From positions 1-64,000 of IMG/VR virus record IMGVR_UViG_3300010150_000013: a stretch of DNA of 64,000 nt. One strand, given 5' to 3'. The position numbers and the translations under genes are program-made. This DNA comes from an uncultured virus (IMG/VR IMGVR_UViG_3300010150_000013). Its lineage: Duplodnaviria; Heunggongvirae; Uroviricota; Caudoviricetes. Below, in pieces: positions 1 to 10,009 of the stretch. The notes beneath the pieces are model-generated. The model searched no databases. It saw only the letters and a program-made list of their open reading frames with translations, and was not told the origin of the DNA. Each line of letters begins with the position of its first letter. Position 1 is the first letter of the stretch.

Positions 1-1
1 C

Positions 2-385
2 GAAACCAATCAAGGCACTACAACAGTAGCAGTAGGTTATGAAGCAGGTCAAGAGAATCAAGGTGTAAGTGCAGTAGCAGTTGGTCCGAATGCAGGTGAA
101 ACTAGTCAAGGTACTAATGCAGTAGCAGTTGGTAATGACGCAGGTGGAACGAGTCAAGGTGACTTTAGTATTGCGTTAGGCTATTATGCAGGTCAAACAA
201 GTCAAGGACAAAACTCAATAGCAATAGGTTGGGAAGCAGGTAAAACAAGTCAAGGTACAACTGCAACGGCTGTGGGAAATTCCGCAGGTGTAACTAACCA
301 AGGCCAAAATGCAACAGCAATTGGTGCAGGTGCAGGTGTTACAAATCAAGGACAAAATGCACTAGCAATTGGTGTAGGTGCTGGT
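2..385 (+). repeat. Eight degenerate 48-nt (16-aa) coding tandem repeats
   Basis: Translation: ETNQGTTTVAVGYEAG, QENQGVSAVAVGPNAG, ETSQGTNAVAVGNDAG, GTSQGDFSIALGYYAG, QTSQGQNSIAIGWEAG, KTSQGTTATAVGNSAG, VTNQGQNATAIGAGAG, VTNQGQNALAIGVGAG. Confidence 0.9.
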
Positions 386-865
386 ACAACAAGCCAAGCC
401 GCAAACAGTATTGCAATTAACGCAACTAGCGGTGTATTAGAGAACACCACAGCAAGTAGTTTAGTAATTAAACCAATTAGAAGTGTAGTTGGAACAACTA
501 TGCTAATGTACAATGCTGCAACAGGCGAAGTATCTCATACAGGAAGTCCTGTAACTGATATTAAAGGTAGCGTGTTTGGTGATGATAGTACATTGTTAGT
601 AGATGGTGTTAGTAGTACAATACCAGCAGCAGTGCTAAATGGTACTGCAACTATTGATATTAGAGGTTCAGTATTTGGTGATGATTCTTCCGTAGTAATT
701 GATGGTGCAACAGGCACAGTTACAGGTAAGATTGCACCAAACAGTGCTGCTCCAGGTTCAGAAACAGAAGCAGCAGAAGTTGGTGAAATTAGAGTTGATG
801 ACAATTATGTTTATGTCCGCAAGAGTACGGGCTGGGGCAGAATTGCAATTGGCGGTTGGGTATAG
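2..865 (+). CDS. Tail fibre/adhesin-like protein, 5' truncated by window edge
   Basis: Frame open from position 2. Tandem 16-aa repeats xTxQGxxAVAVGxxAG (YadA-head-like), two DIxGSVFGDDS repeats, and C-terminal GEIRVDDNYVYV...WGRIA typical of phage fibre ends. Confidence 0.75.
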   Translation, partial: ETNQGTTTVAVGYEAGQENQGVSAVAVGPNAGETSQGTNAVAVGNDAGGTSQGDFSIALGYYAGQTSQGQNSIAIGWEAGKTSQGTTATAVGNSAGVTNQGQNATAIGAGAGVTNQGQNALAIGVGAGTTSQAANSIAINATSGVLENTTASSLVIKPIRSVVGTTMLMYNAATGEVSHTGSPVTDIKGSVFGDDSTLLVDGVSSTIPAAVLNGTATIDIRGSVFGDDSSVVIDGATGTVTGKIAPNSAAPGSETEAAEVGEIRVDDNYVYVRKSTGWGRIAIGGWV

Positions 866-875
866 GAGCGGATAG

Positions 876-1130
876 ATGGCAAAACTTACAGTAAACATTG
901 GAACATCCGCAAACGATAGAACAGGCGATACTCTACGTGGAGCGTTTGAAAAAATTAATTCTAACTTTACAGAACTTTATGTTGGACCACCACAACTAAC
1001 ACAAACTGAAATAGATGCACTTACACCAGTTTTTGGAATGATGGTTTACAACACAACAACAGGAAAGTTTCAAGGATACGCTGCTGATGCAAATAATGAT
1101 AGTACAGCAGGCTGGGCAGATCTACATTAG
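876..1130 (+). CDS. Small baseplate/fibre-connector protein (T4 gp9/gp10-like N-terminal motif)
   Basis: NIGTSANDRTGDTLRGAFEKINSNFTELY motif. SD AGGAG upstream. Confidence 0.7.
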   Translation: MAKLTVNIGTSANDRTGDTLRGAFEKINSNFTELYVGPPQLTQTEIDALTPVFGMMVYNTTTGKFQGYAADANNDSTAGWADLH

Positions 1131-1139
1131 GAGTGATAC

Positions 1140-1715
1140 ATGGCGATACAAACAATAAACATAGGTAATATTGTAAACGACGGGTTAGGTGATGATCTAC
1201 GAACAGCGTTCCAGAAAGTTAACACAAACTTCTCAACACTAGAAACAGAACTAACAATTACAGCAACCAATACAGGTGCTAATGGTGTTAGTGTGTTTAG
1301 AGATAAAGTTGGTGCAAATCTAAACTTTAGAAAACTAGTAGCTGGTTCTAAAATTCAACTTGACGAAGGTAACGAAGCAATTATTGTTGCTAGTACTGCG
1401 CCAGATGCATTTACAAGAATCGATACAGATAGTGGTAGTATGTTGGCTAATACACACCAACAAATTACTATGGAAGGTACTAGTGCGCCACAATCAGAAA
1501 ACGGATTCAAAGATATTGAAGTTACCGCTGTAGGCAGCACTATTAAATTTAAAACTATTGTACCGGTAACTGAATACTTAACAACATACGACTTTGGACC
1601 TGTTGGAGCTTCAGGGTTTGAAAATGCCATACAATTAGCACTGCAAGGATCTAATATTGATTTTGGTACACTAACGTATGATTCAGGAATCAATTTAGAT
1701 GTTGGCGGTTTATAA
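1140..1715 (+). CDS. Baseplate/fibre protein (gp9/gp10-like N-terminal motif)
   Basis: INIGNIVNDGLGDDLRTAFQKVNTNF motif. SD AGGAG. Confidence 0.7.
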   Translation: MAIQTINIGNIVNDGLGDDLRTAFQKVNTNFSTLETELTITATNTGANGVSVFRDKVGANLNFRKLVAGSKIQLDEGNEAIIVASTAPDAFTRIDTDSGSMLANTHQQITMEGTSAPQSENGFKDIEVTAVGSTIKFKTIVPVTEYLTTYDFGPVGASGFENAIQLALQGSNIDFGTLTYDSGINLDVGGL

Positions 1716-1729
1716 GGAGCAAATTCTAA

Positions 1730-4204
1730 ATGGCAATTACTTGGATTACGCCAGCAGGAGACCTAGGTACTTTCGAAGAAAGGATCACAGTCAACATTCC
1801 AATAGAAGCGTCTACTGATACTTCTAGTACAATTTCATATTCTATAATTGCTGGTTCACTTCCTGTAGGTTGTGTTTTATCTGATGGTGTAATTAAAGGC
1901 GCACCTGGAGAAGTTACAAAACATACAACTAATAAATTTGTTATCAGAGCTGATGACGGTACTGGTGGGTGTATGGATAGAACATTTAGTATGTCTATAA
2001 CAGGAGCAGACTTTCCAGAATGGATTACAGAAAGAGGTTATTTAAATGTTGGGCAAGGTGATGCATACTTTGCACTTGACGATTCTAAAATAGACTTTCA
2101 ATTACAGGCAACAGACAAAGATCTTACAGCAGGGGAGACTCTAAGCTACTATATGGTGCCTAACAGCGGTCTTTTACCTCCGGGCTTGTCATTGTCCCAA
2201 ACAGGAAAGATCAGCGGTTTTACGGAGCCTGTGCAGGCTGTAGAGTACAATTCAACTAACACTGGAGCATACGATACACATTCTTTTGATACTGTTCCAC
2301 TTGATATTGCAAAAAATACATCAACTGGTTTTGACACATACTTTTACGATACGCAAAGATTTGACTATGCAGAAGGAAGTCAAATACCTAGAAAATTAAG
2401 TAGAGAATATACATTTAGTATTGCAGTTACTGACGGTATTAATGCTATACATAGAACATTTAAAATCTATGTTGTTACTGAAGAATTTTTAAAAGCAGAC
2501 AACACATTACTACAAGTTGATACAAATTTATTCCAAGCAGATAATAGTGGTAACAGACAACCACTATGGATTACAGATCCTTACTTAGGTAGATATAGAG
2601 CAAATAACTTTGTAACTGTTGCTTTAGATGTTTACGATCCACCTACACTATCAGGTACAATAACTTATTTCTTAGTTGAAAATAATCCAGATGGTACTCC
2701 AAGTACTATACCACCCGGTCTTACTCTCGATACTGTAACAGGAGACCTTTCTGGTAAAGTTCCGTATCAAGCAGCAGTAACTAAAAATTATCAGTTCACT
2801 ATGAGAGCTGTAAACTTTCCTGCAAACTTAGCAACAATTAATTACACACTTGTAGGTAATTGGAGTAGTACTAGAATTTATACTGTTAACGAAGCAATTG
2901 TTTATGATGGAATTATTTACATCGCTATTGTAGAGAACCAAAATAGATTGCCTACGGATACTGATTTTTGGGTACCAGGTGTTTCAACTGTTGAAAGAAC
3001 ATTCAACATAGACATCATTGGTGAGGTTGAAAGTTCAATTGAATGGATTACACCTTCTGATAGAGGAACTATTAAACCTAACGAGCCAAGTAACTTATAT
3101 GTCGAAGCAAAAAGTTTATTGTATGGTGGCAGAATTTTATACACACTTGAAAGTGGAAACTTACCTGCAGGATTAGAATTTTTACCTACAGGACTTATTC
3201 AAGGTAAAGTAAAACAATTTGAAGATGATAAAGGGTTAGGACTAACTAGATTTTATGAGCAGGATAGTGCTGGAGAAGATTCATCAACTAGATCTCGAGA
3301 CTTTAGTTTAACGTTTGATCAAGGTCGATCATCTTTTGATAAAGAGTTTAAATTTACAGTTAAAGCACAAGACGGTGCAAACTTTGCTGAAGCATTGAGA
3401 GAATTTAAAATTAAAGTAGTTGCTGATAATCAAACAGTATTCTCAAACATATATGTTAGAGCATTACAATCAAAAGAGAAAAGGTTATCATGGTTTAACT
3501 TTATTACTGACTCTACTGTTTTTAAACCAGAGGACATTTATCGTTATGGTGATAAGAACTACGGAGTACAGAGTGAATTAACAGCATTACTATTTGCTGG
3601 TATTGAAAGTAAAACAGCAGAACTGTTTGTTTCTGCAATGGGAAGAAATCATTATAACAAACGCTTTACGTTTGGTAATGTTAAAAAAGCAGTAGCAAAA
3701 GACCCAACTACATCTGAATTGTTGTATGAAGTTGTATATGTTGATATAATTGACGATCTTGAAAAGAATGGTAAAAGCATATCACAAGTAGTAGAATTAC
3801 CAGATGATATTAATAGTAAAATCATTGTAAGTTACGACAGTATTAGTATTGATAGTGATGTTCCATTAGTAAGTGATTCAGATCATCAAAGAATTTTTCC
3901 TAATTCAGTAAATAACATGAGAAAGAGAATACAAACTGTTGGGGAAAGAGATAGAGGGTTTTTACCTCTATGGATGAGAAGTATACAAGAAACAAGCACT
4001 TTTGAGCTTGGATTTACTAAAGCATTAGTATTATGCTATACAAAACCAGGGAAAGCCGACAGTATTATAGCTAGAATTAAACAAAAAGCGTTTGATTTCA
4101 AGACTATTAACTTTGTTGCAGATCGCTATATCATAGATATAGTTGACGGGCAAATTGAGGATAAATACTTTGTATTCCCGCAACGTGGAGAAAAGAAACC
4201 GTGA
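1730..4204 (+). CDS. Large baseplate wedge-like structural protein with repeated Ig-like segments
   Basis: 824 aa. Repeated WITP/LPPGLSL..TGxISG segments. Structural context. SD AAGGAG. Confidence 0.65.
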   Translation: MAITWITPAGDLGTFEERITVNIPIEASTDTSSTISYSIIAGSLPVGCVLSDGVIKGAPGEVTKHTTNKFVIRADDGTGGCMDRTFSMSITGADFPEWITERGYLNVGQGDAYFALDDSKIDFQLQATDKDLTAGETLSYYMVPNSGLLPPGLSLSQTGKISGFTEPVQAVEYNSTNTGAYDTHSFDTVPLDIAKNTSTGFDTYFYDTQRFDYAEGSQIPRKLSREYTFSIAVTDGINAIHRTFKIYVVTEEFLKADNTLLQVDTNLFQADNSGNRQPLWITDPYLGRYRANNFVTVALDVYDPPTLSGTITYFLVENNPDGTPSTIPPGLTLDTVTGDLSGKVPYQAAVTKNYQFTMRAVNFPANLATINYTLVGNWSSTRIYTVNEAIVYDGIIYIAIVENQNRLPTDTDFWVPGVSTVERTFNIDIIGEVESSIEWITPSDRGTIKPNEPSNLYVEAKSLLYGGRILYTLESGNLPAGLEFLPTGLIQGKVKQFEDDKGLGLTRFYEQDSAGEDSSTRSRDFSLTFDQGRSSFDKEFKFTVKAQDGANFAEALREFKIKVVADNQTVFSNIYVRALQSKEKRLSWFNFITDSTVFKPEDIYRYGDKNYGVQSELTALLFAGIESKTAELFVSAMGRNHYNKRFTFGNVKKAVAKDPTTSELLYEVVYVDIIDDLEKNGKSISQVVELPDDINSKIIVSYDSISIDSDVPLVSDSDHQRIFPNSVNNMRKRIQTVGERDRGFLPLWMRSIQETSTFELGFTKALVLCYTKPGKADSIIARIKQKAFDFKTINFVADRYIIDIVDGQIEDKYFVFPQRGEKKP

Positions 4205-4815
4205 GTAATATAAATTATTTGAGCATAAACGAAAACTTTCCTGTAGCAGGTGCCGATAACGACACCCAAACATTCAGGGATAATTTCGATACTATTAAAA
4301 CAAGTTTAAACACAGCCAAGACTGAAATTACTAGTCTTGAGTCAACTACTGCTAGATTATCTAATCCAGGCGGTGGTGCATACATTAATGACTTTCAACT
4401 TAACCAAGTTACAAGAGCTGTTATGGCAAATAACAGAGATAAACTTAACAATTTGGGTACAGTACCACTTGTTGAAGGTACAACAACAGAGATTGATTAC
4501 CAAACTGGCTCATACTTTATTATTAACGCTTCATCTGCTCTTAACTTACAGTTTACAAACTTTGCTGGAGATCCTGCAAATGGTGAAGAAACAGCAGCCC
4601 AAAGTGGTGTTAGCAAAGTAACTTTGGAACTTTATACATCAGGTGTTGGTGATAGAGCTGTAACATTTACAACTACAGGCGGAACTGTAATTAAGAAAGA
4701 TAGCAGTTTTCCAGCATCACTTACATTAACTTCTAACACAGATCCTGTGTTTGTTGAAGTTTGGCGTCATAGCCAAGAATTCATATACATGAGATACTTA
4801 GGCTCATTTAGTTAA
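4201..4815 (+). CDS. Virion structural protein (putative)
   Basis: GTG start overlapping upstream stop. FPVAGADNDTQTFRDNF motif. Context. Confidence 0.55.
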   Translation: MSNINYLSINENFPVAGADNDTQTFRDNFDTIKTSLNTAKTEITSLESTTARLSNPGGGAYINDFQLNQVTRAVMANNRDKLNNLGTVPLVEGTTTEIDYQTGSYFIINASSALNLQFTNFAGDPANGEETAAQSGVSKVTLELYTSGVGDRAVTFTTTGGTVIKKDSSFPASLTLTSNTDPVFVEVWRHSQEFIYMRYLGSFS

Positions 4816-4816
4816 T

Positions 4817-5050
4817 ATGTTTCACCCATTAGAAGAAGATTTATCCGAAATGACTACCTCTGAGGTAGAGCTTAAACTAAGCGAATTGAACAAAAAATAT
4901 TACCAAGCGAGCCGTTTAGGCAATAATCAACTGTTGACACAACTTCAAACTTTTGTTACAATATATAGAAATGAACTTCGCCAGAGAGCAATACAAGCGA
5001 AATTTGATGAACAAGAGAAAGATTTGGATCAACTGATTAATGTGGACTGA
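4817..5050 (+). CDS. Hypothetical coiled-coil protein
   Basis: ORF tightly packed in operon. Confidence 0.6.
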   Translation: MFHPLEEDLSEMTTSEVELKLSELNKKYYQASRLGNNQLLTQLQTFVTIYRNELRQRAIQAKFDEQEKDLDQLINVD

Positions 5051-5513
5051 AACTAATACTACTGAACAACTTATTAAAGGCATAGTTAAGTATGGCCCGG
5101 ACATACTTGAGCATTGCGTATGCGCTGATGATCTTAGTAAGTACAAAAACAAGATAGAAAAAGAGTTTCTCGACTATCCACTTCCAAAAACATCAATAGA
5201 TTCTACTAATTGGTTCCTTCCATACAAATATCAAAACATGGACATTAAGCAATATTTGTTAGCCAAATGTTCCAATGATACTGAATTAGACAGGGTAAAT
5301 ATAGAACTAGCAGAGTATGAGAAGCGAGATTTATTTCCGTTGCTCAAACAGATGGCATATATAATAGATACACTTAGAGAAAAGAATATTGTTTGGGGTG
5401 TAGGTAGAGGTAGTAGTGTTGCTAGTTTTGTACTCTATTTAATGGGAGTACACAAGGTAGATAGTATTAAATACAATATACCACTAAACGAATTCTTTAA
5501 AGGAGAAATATAA
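5040..5513 (+). CDS. Stand-alone DNA polymerase III alpha (DnaE)-like fragment
   Basis: RVNIELAEYE...VWGVGRGSSVASFVLYLMGVHKVDSIKYNIPLNEFF matches DnaE GxGRGSAAGSLVAYxLGITxxDPxxYxLxFERF. Ends before the PDIDxDF motif. Confidence 0.75.
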   Translation: MWTETNTTEQLIKGIVKYGPDILEHCVCADDLSKYKNKIEKEFLDYPLPKTSIDSTNWFLPYKYQNMDIKQYLLAKCSNDTELDRVNIELAEYEKRDLFPLLKQMAYIIDTLREKNIVWGVGRGSSVASFVLYLMGVHKVDSIKYNIPLNEFFKGEI

Positions 5514-5734
5514 TGGCACTAGTAAGAAGTATGAGAGGTAAGGAAGTTGACATGGAGAAACTTAATCTCAAAAATGAAGAACTTCCAGCAGTTGGAAATG
5601 CTAAAGTAAATGCACGTGGAGACGAATTAGGTCCAGGTGGAAAGATTATTAGAACAAGAGAAGAAGTTCTATCAGACTACTACAAGCAAAATCCAAGAGC
5701 AATCAAAGAAGAAATCGTAAGTAGAAAAAAGTAA
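5513..5734 (+). CDS. Hypothetical protein
   Basis: TAATG coupling. SD AAGGAG. Confidence 0.7.
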   Translation: MALVRSMRGKEVDMEKLNLKNEELPAVGNAKVNARGDELGPGGKIIRTREEVLSDYYKQNPRAIKEEIVSRKK

Positions 5735-5753
5735 TTTTTAGATAGGACAATCC

Positions 5754-7373
5754 ATGAGAGTAGAATCATTGGTGATTGTCGGCGGTGGAAGTTCAGGGTG
5801 GATGTCAGCAGCCGCACTGTCTAAACTATGTCCACACATCGACATAACCATTATTGAATCACCTAACATAAAAACTGTAGGCGTAGGTGAAAGTACACTC
5901 GGTCACATTACAAAATTTTTAGATTTGCTAGGTCTTGAAGATAAAGACTGGATGGCAGAGTGTAATGCTACATACAAAAATTCAATCAGGTTTACAAACT
6001 TTAGAGAGAACGACGGTACCAGTTTTCAATATCCTTTTAGTTTAGGTTTTGATATGACTGATAAACCAGGCGGAATAGATGCTTGGTCAGAGTTAGCAAC
6101 TGTATATCCAGATGAATTTACTCCTGATACATTCGCTAAATTTTATGCTACCGCTAACACATATCTTTCTGATATGTGCAAAGGCACAACAAATGCAGAT
6201 GAAAAATTAAGACATTATAGTTTTAAATGGGATACTGCATATCATGTTGATGCTGCAAAACTAGGACAATATCTTAAAAACAATATTGCTATGCCTAATG
6301 GCGTAACATTGTTAAATCACGATGTAGTACACGTTGATATGGAAGACGATCAAATAAGCGGTCTTTTATTAGATAACGGAGAAACAGTATCAGCAGACCT
6401 TTATATTGATTGTACAGGATTTCAATCAATGCTTTTAGAAAAAGCAATGAAGCAAGAGTTTTTGTCATTTGATGATTATCTAGCAAACGACTGTGCTTGG
6501 GCATGTAGAGTACCTTATGAAGATGTTGAAAAAGAAATGCACCCTTACACAGACTGTCATGCATTAGATAATGGTTGGGTATGGCATATTCCATTATGGA
6601 ATCGTATTGGTACTGGGTATGTATACTCATCAAAATTTACAACTGCTGACGCAGCAAAAGAAGAATTTAGAAAACACCTAGAAACAACAGGTTCAAAAGA
6701 ACGTGCAGACAATGCAGAAATGTTTCACATTAATATTAAGCATGGCCGTAGACGTAGAGGTTGGGTACGCAACGTTGTTGGCATTGGACTAAGTTATGGT
6801 TTTGTAGAACCTTTAGAATCTACAGGACTACTAACAACGCATGAAAACTTAGTTAAGTTAGTAGAGTGTTTGAATAGAAGAAATGGTTGGGTAACAAGAA
6901 CAGAGAAAGAAGGATTCAATTACGCTGTTGAATCAGAAGTATTAAAATTTAGAGATTTTATTTCAACTCACTATGCTCTTTCAATGCGTGACGATACTCC
7001 TTATTGGAAACATGCAACAGAGTATCACGAGTATTGTCCGGAACTTGTAGGCGAAAATTATAATTTAAGAAACACACAATATCAATCTTTGATCGGCGGA
7101 GTTACATTAGGTAATACCTATAGTGGAGCAGCAGACTTTCCGCCCTCTTTATTTTTAGCGGCTGGTATGGGTGTAAAACCAAAAGCAACTAAAGAAATCG
7201 TTTTACACGAAGGACCGTACTGGGGCGGGGTAACTAAGTTAGAAGAACTAGATTTTCAGAAACGCAGTTATGAAGATTACAGAGACTTTGTAATTGATTA
7301 TGTTTCTAAACTTCCTAGTCATTACGAATTTTTGAAGAATCATATTTATGGAGGCAAAGATGATCAAAGGTAA
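5754..7373 (+). CDS. prnA: Flavin-dependent tryptophan halogenase-like protein
   Basis: GGGSSGW FAD motif, GVGEST, ATYKNSIRF Lys, IDCTGF, GWVWHIPL (WxWxIP), GFVEPLESTG. Confidence 0.9.
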   Translation: MRVESLVIVGGGSSGWMSAAALSKLCPHIDITIIESPNIKTVGVGESTLGHITKFLDLLGLEDKDWMAECNATYKNSIRFTNFRENDGTSFQYPFSLGFDMTDKPGGIDAWSELATVYPDEFTPDTFAKFYATANTYLSDMCKGTTNADEKLRHYSFKWDTAYHVDAAKLGQYLKNNIAMPNGVTLLNHDVVHVDMEDDQISGLLLDNGETVSADLYIDCTGFQSMLLEKAMKQEFLSFDDYLANDCAWACRVPYEDVEKEMHPYTDCHALDNGWVWHIPLWNRIGTGYVYSSKFTTADAAKEEFRKHLETTGSKERADNAEMFHINIKHGRRRRGWVRNVVGIGLSYGFVEPLESTGLLTTHENLVKLVECLNRRNGWVTRTEKEGFNYAVESEVLKFRDFISTHYALSMRDDTPYWKHATEYHEYCPELVGENYNLRNTQYQSLIGGVTLGNTYSGAADFPPSLFLAAGMGVKPKATKEIVLHEGPYWGGVTKLEELDFQKRSYEDYRDFVIDYVSKLPSHYEFLKNHIYGGKDDQR

Positions 7374-7755
7374 ACTTACACCATTACATGATGACGTGTT
7401 AGTATATAACATGCACTTTGGTGAAACTGTAACTAAAGGCGGCATTATCATGGCAAGTGATGATGCAAAAGCACACGGAGTCAAATGTCGTTGGGCAAAA
7501 GTTTATGCTAAAGGTGCTACAAACACAGACGACTACAAATCAGAAGATTGGATCTTAATTGAGCATGGTCGTTGGACACGAAAGATCAAAGTGGATTGTC
7601 CCGATCGCGGTGAAATCGAGGTACAAAAGGTTGAGAAGTCCGCCATCCTCGCTGTAGGTACCGAGGACTTTGAACCAGAACTAGCCTATTGGGGACAACA
7701 TTATAGCGATGGTGACACCGCTACATTTGACGCAGGTGACTTTGGTGCTCAATAA
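7360..7755 (+). CDS. groES: GroES-like co-chaperonin
   Basis: LTPLHDDVLV...ETVTKGGIIM resembles PLxDRVLV...TxGGIxL. SD GGAGG before ATG 7360. Confidence 0.7.
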   Translation: MIKGKLTPLHDDVLVYNMHFGETVTKGGIIMASDDAKAHGVKCRWAKVYAKGATNTDDYKSEDWILIEHGRWTRKIKVDCPDRGEIEVQKVEKSAILAVGTEDFEPELAYWGQHYSDGDTATFDAGDFGAQ

Positions 7756-7937
7756 GCGTATTGTATTTCGGGCATTAACCTAAATGTCAAGGCTCTACGA
7801 GGGCCTTGTGTCGTATTAATTGTAATCTCCCCTGACTTTTCATGGAACTCGATTTTAGTAATTCTAGCACGTTTATTATTTTTACCGACAAGGATTTCTT
7901 GTCCTACTTCAAGGTTTAGTGAAAGATTCTTAATCAT
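7749..7937 (-). CDS. Small beta-rich (KOW/SH3-like) hypothetical protein
   Basis: SD AAGGAG and a minus-strand TAAATA motif upstream. LEVGQEILVGK pattern. Confidence 0.6.
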   Translation of the reverse strand: MIKNLSLNLEVGQEILVGKNNKRARITKIEFHEKSGEITINTTQGPRRALTFRLMPEIQYAY

Positions 7938-7988
7938 GGGATTCTCCTTTTGTCCAGCGAATGCTGCTAAAAATATTTACCTTAGGGG

Positions 7989-8017
7989 TTGACAACAATA
8001 AAGTACTATTATATAAT
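7989..8017 (+). promoter_or_regulatory. Consensus sigma70 promoter upstream of mazG operon
   Basis: TTGACA-17nt-TATAAT. Confidence 0.9.
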
Positions 8018-8044
8018 AAAGCAATAACAGTAAAGGAAATATAG

Positions 8045-8449
8045 ATGTCTACAGTAGATCTAAACAAATACAAAGACTTTGTAAAAGAAGTAACATCAGA
8101 AGAGTCAAACGATTGGGCTTATACACAAGCTCGTTTGCATGAATTAAATGACGAAGTTAATATTTCATTATTAATGACAGGTGCTATTGGCATTGCATCA
8201 GAAGGAGGCGAATTTGCAGAAATTGTTAAGAAATGTATATTTCAAGGTAAACCTATGGACGATGAAACTAAGTTTCATGCTAAACGAGAACTTGGGGATA
8301 TTATTTGGTATTGGATCAATAGTTGCCGTGCATTGGGGTTGGATCCTAATGAAGTCATAGCAGAGAATGTTAACAAATTAAAGAAGCGTTATCCGGGTGG
8401 TGAGTTTGACGTACACTATTCAGAAAACAGGCAAGAAGGTGATCTTTGA
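8045..8449 (+). CDS. mazG: MazG-like nucleotide pyrophosphohydrolase
   Basis: GIASEGGEFAEIVKK...RELGDIIWY...NVNKLKKRYP. Confidence 0.9.
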   Translation: MSTVDLNKYKDFVKEVTSEESNDWAYTQARLHELNDEVNISLLMTGAIGIASEGGEFAEIVKKCIFQGKPMDDETKFHAKRELGDIIWYWINSCRALGLDPNEVIAENVNKLKKRYPGGEFDVHYSENRQEGDL

Positions 8450-8856
8450 CACGAGGATTTACAGCATCATCATTTGACTTGTTCCACAGTGGACATGTTG
8501 CTATGCTTAAAGAAGCAAGAGCAAATTGCGACTATATGATTGTTGGTTTGCAAACAGACCCAACACTTGATAGACCAGAAAAGAATAAGCCAATCCAAAG
8601 TGTGTTTGAGCGTTACGTACAACTTGAAGGTTGTAAGTATATTGACGAAATTATTCCTTATGAATCTGAAAAAGACTTAACGGATATTTTTCTTACATAT
8701 GGAATAGATATACGTTTTATTGGCGAAGAGTATCGCCAAAAGGATTTTACTGCCAAACAAATATGTGTTGACAAAGGCATAGAAATATACTATAATAAAA
8801 GACAACACTCATTTAGTACAACTAATTTGAGAAAACGCATTAAGGAGTCGGAATGA
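8446..8856 (+). CDS. Cytidylyltransferase-like (HxGH nucleotidyltransferase, TagD-like)
   Basis: FDLFHSGH, IVGLQTD, FSTT motifs. Confidence 0.85.
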   Translation: MTRGFTASSFDLFHSGHVAMLKEARANCDYMIVGLQTDPTLDRPEKNKPIQSVFERYVQLEGCKYIDEIIPYESEKDLTDIFLTYGIDIRFIGEEYRQKDFTAKQICVDKGIEIYYNKRQHSFSTTNLRKRIKESE

Positions 8857-9767
8857 AAGAGTTATGGGTAGAAAAGTATCGTCCTAAGAAACTTGAAGAT
8901 TATGTTTTTAGAGACAATCATCAGAAAGCACAAGTACAAGCATGGGTTAAAGATGAGAGTATTCCGCACTTGTTGTTTAGTGGTGCAGCCGGCATTGGTA
9001 AAACTACTATGGCAAAGATGCTTGTTAATGAACTAGGTATTGAAAGTTATGATGTACTAGAAATTAATGCTAGTAGAAATAACTCTGTTGATGAGATTCG
9101 AGATAAGATTACAGGTTTTGTGCAAACTATTCCGTTTGGTCCATTTAAAGTTGTATTACTTGATGAGGCAGATTATTTGTCGCCTAACGCACAAGCGGCA
9201 CTACGTGGTGTTATGGAAGAATATCATAGCACATCAAGATTTGTTTTAACGTGTAACTATCCTAATAGAATTATTCCTGCTATTCACAGCAGGTGTCAAG
9301 GCTTTCATATTGAAAAAATTGATCAGACAGAATTCACTGCAAGAGTTGCAACTATTCTTGTTACAGAAAATATTGAGTTTGAATTAGATACACTTGATAA
9401 TTATGTAAAAGTTTCGTATCCAGACTTGCGTAAATGTATCAATATGGTACAGCAAAACGTAAGTGGCAGCAAACTAAGTTCTCCTACTAAAGGTGACGAA
9501 GGAGAAGCTGACTGGAAGTTTGAAATGGTCGAACTATTTAAAGCAGGTAAAATTACACAAGCACGTAAACTACTTTGTGGTAAAGTACGTGCAGAAGAAA
9601 TGGAAGAGATTTATCGTTGGCTGTATGACAACTTAGAAATATTTGGTGAAGAAGAAAAGCAAGACACAGCAGTAATCATTATTAAACAGGGTTTAGTAGA
9701 TCATACATTAGTTGCAGATCCTGAGATTAACTTGGCTGCAACACTAATTAAGTTAGCAAGACTATGA
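8853..9767 (+). CDS. Clamp loader ATPase subunit (T4 gp44/RFC-like)
   Basis: LWVEKYRP, GAAGIGKT Walker A, LLDEAD, SRC motif. Confidence 0.92.
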   Translation: MKELWVEKYRPKKLEDYVFRDNHQKAQVQAWVKDESIPHLLFSGAAGIGKTTMAKMLVNELGIESYDVLEINASRNNSVDEIRDKITGFVQTIPFGPFKVVLLDEADYLSPNAQAALRGVMEEYHSTSRFVLTCNYPNRIIPAIHSRCQGFHIEKIDQTEFTARVATILVTENIEFELDTLDNYVKVSYPDLRKCINMVQQNVSGSKLSSPTKGDEGEADWKFEMVELFKAGKITQARKLLCGKVRAEEMEEIYRWLYDNLEIFGEEEKQDTAVIIIKQGLVDHTLVADPEINLAATLIKLARL

Positions 9768-10009
9768 AGATAAGATACTACCACGACATAGATGGTCCTA
9801 GGTGGGTTGGGTTCTTACTTGCAATTATCGCTGCTTTTATTCTTTCAGACGCTAATCCAGAAACACAATGGATAGGCTGGGCAGTTGCTACAGTTAGTTG
9901 TGCAATGTGGATTTACTTTGGTATTAAAGATAAAGATATACCAAGAGCATTAATGGAGGGTATGTATTTGCTTTTAGCATTAAGAGCTATATATAATTGG
10001 TTAGTATGA
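9764..10009 (+). CDS. Small membrane protein (about 3 TM)
   Basis: Three hydrophobic stretches. ATGA overlap. Confidence 0.7.
   Translation: MKIRYYHDIDGPRWVGFLLAIIAAFILSDANPETQWIGWAVATVSCAMWIYFGIKDKDIPRALMEGMYLLLALRAIYNWLV

Noticed and set aside
2..385. Regularly spaced repeats as a possible CRISPR array
   Set aside because: Repeats are degenerate at codon third positions and in frame. They are protein repeats without a constant repeat/unique spacer structure.
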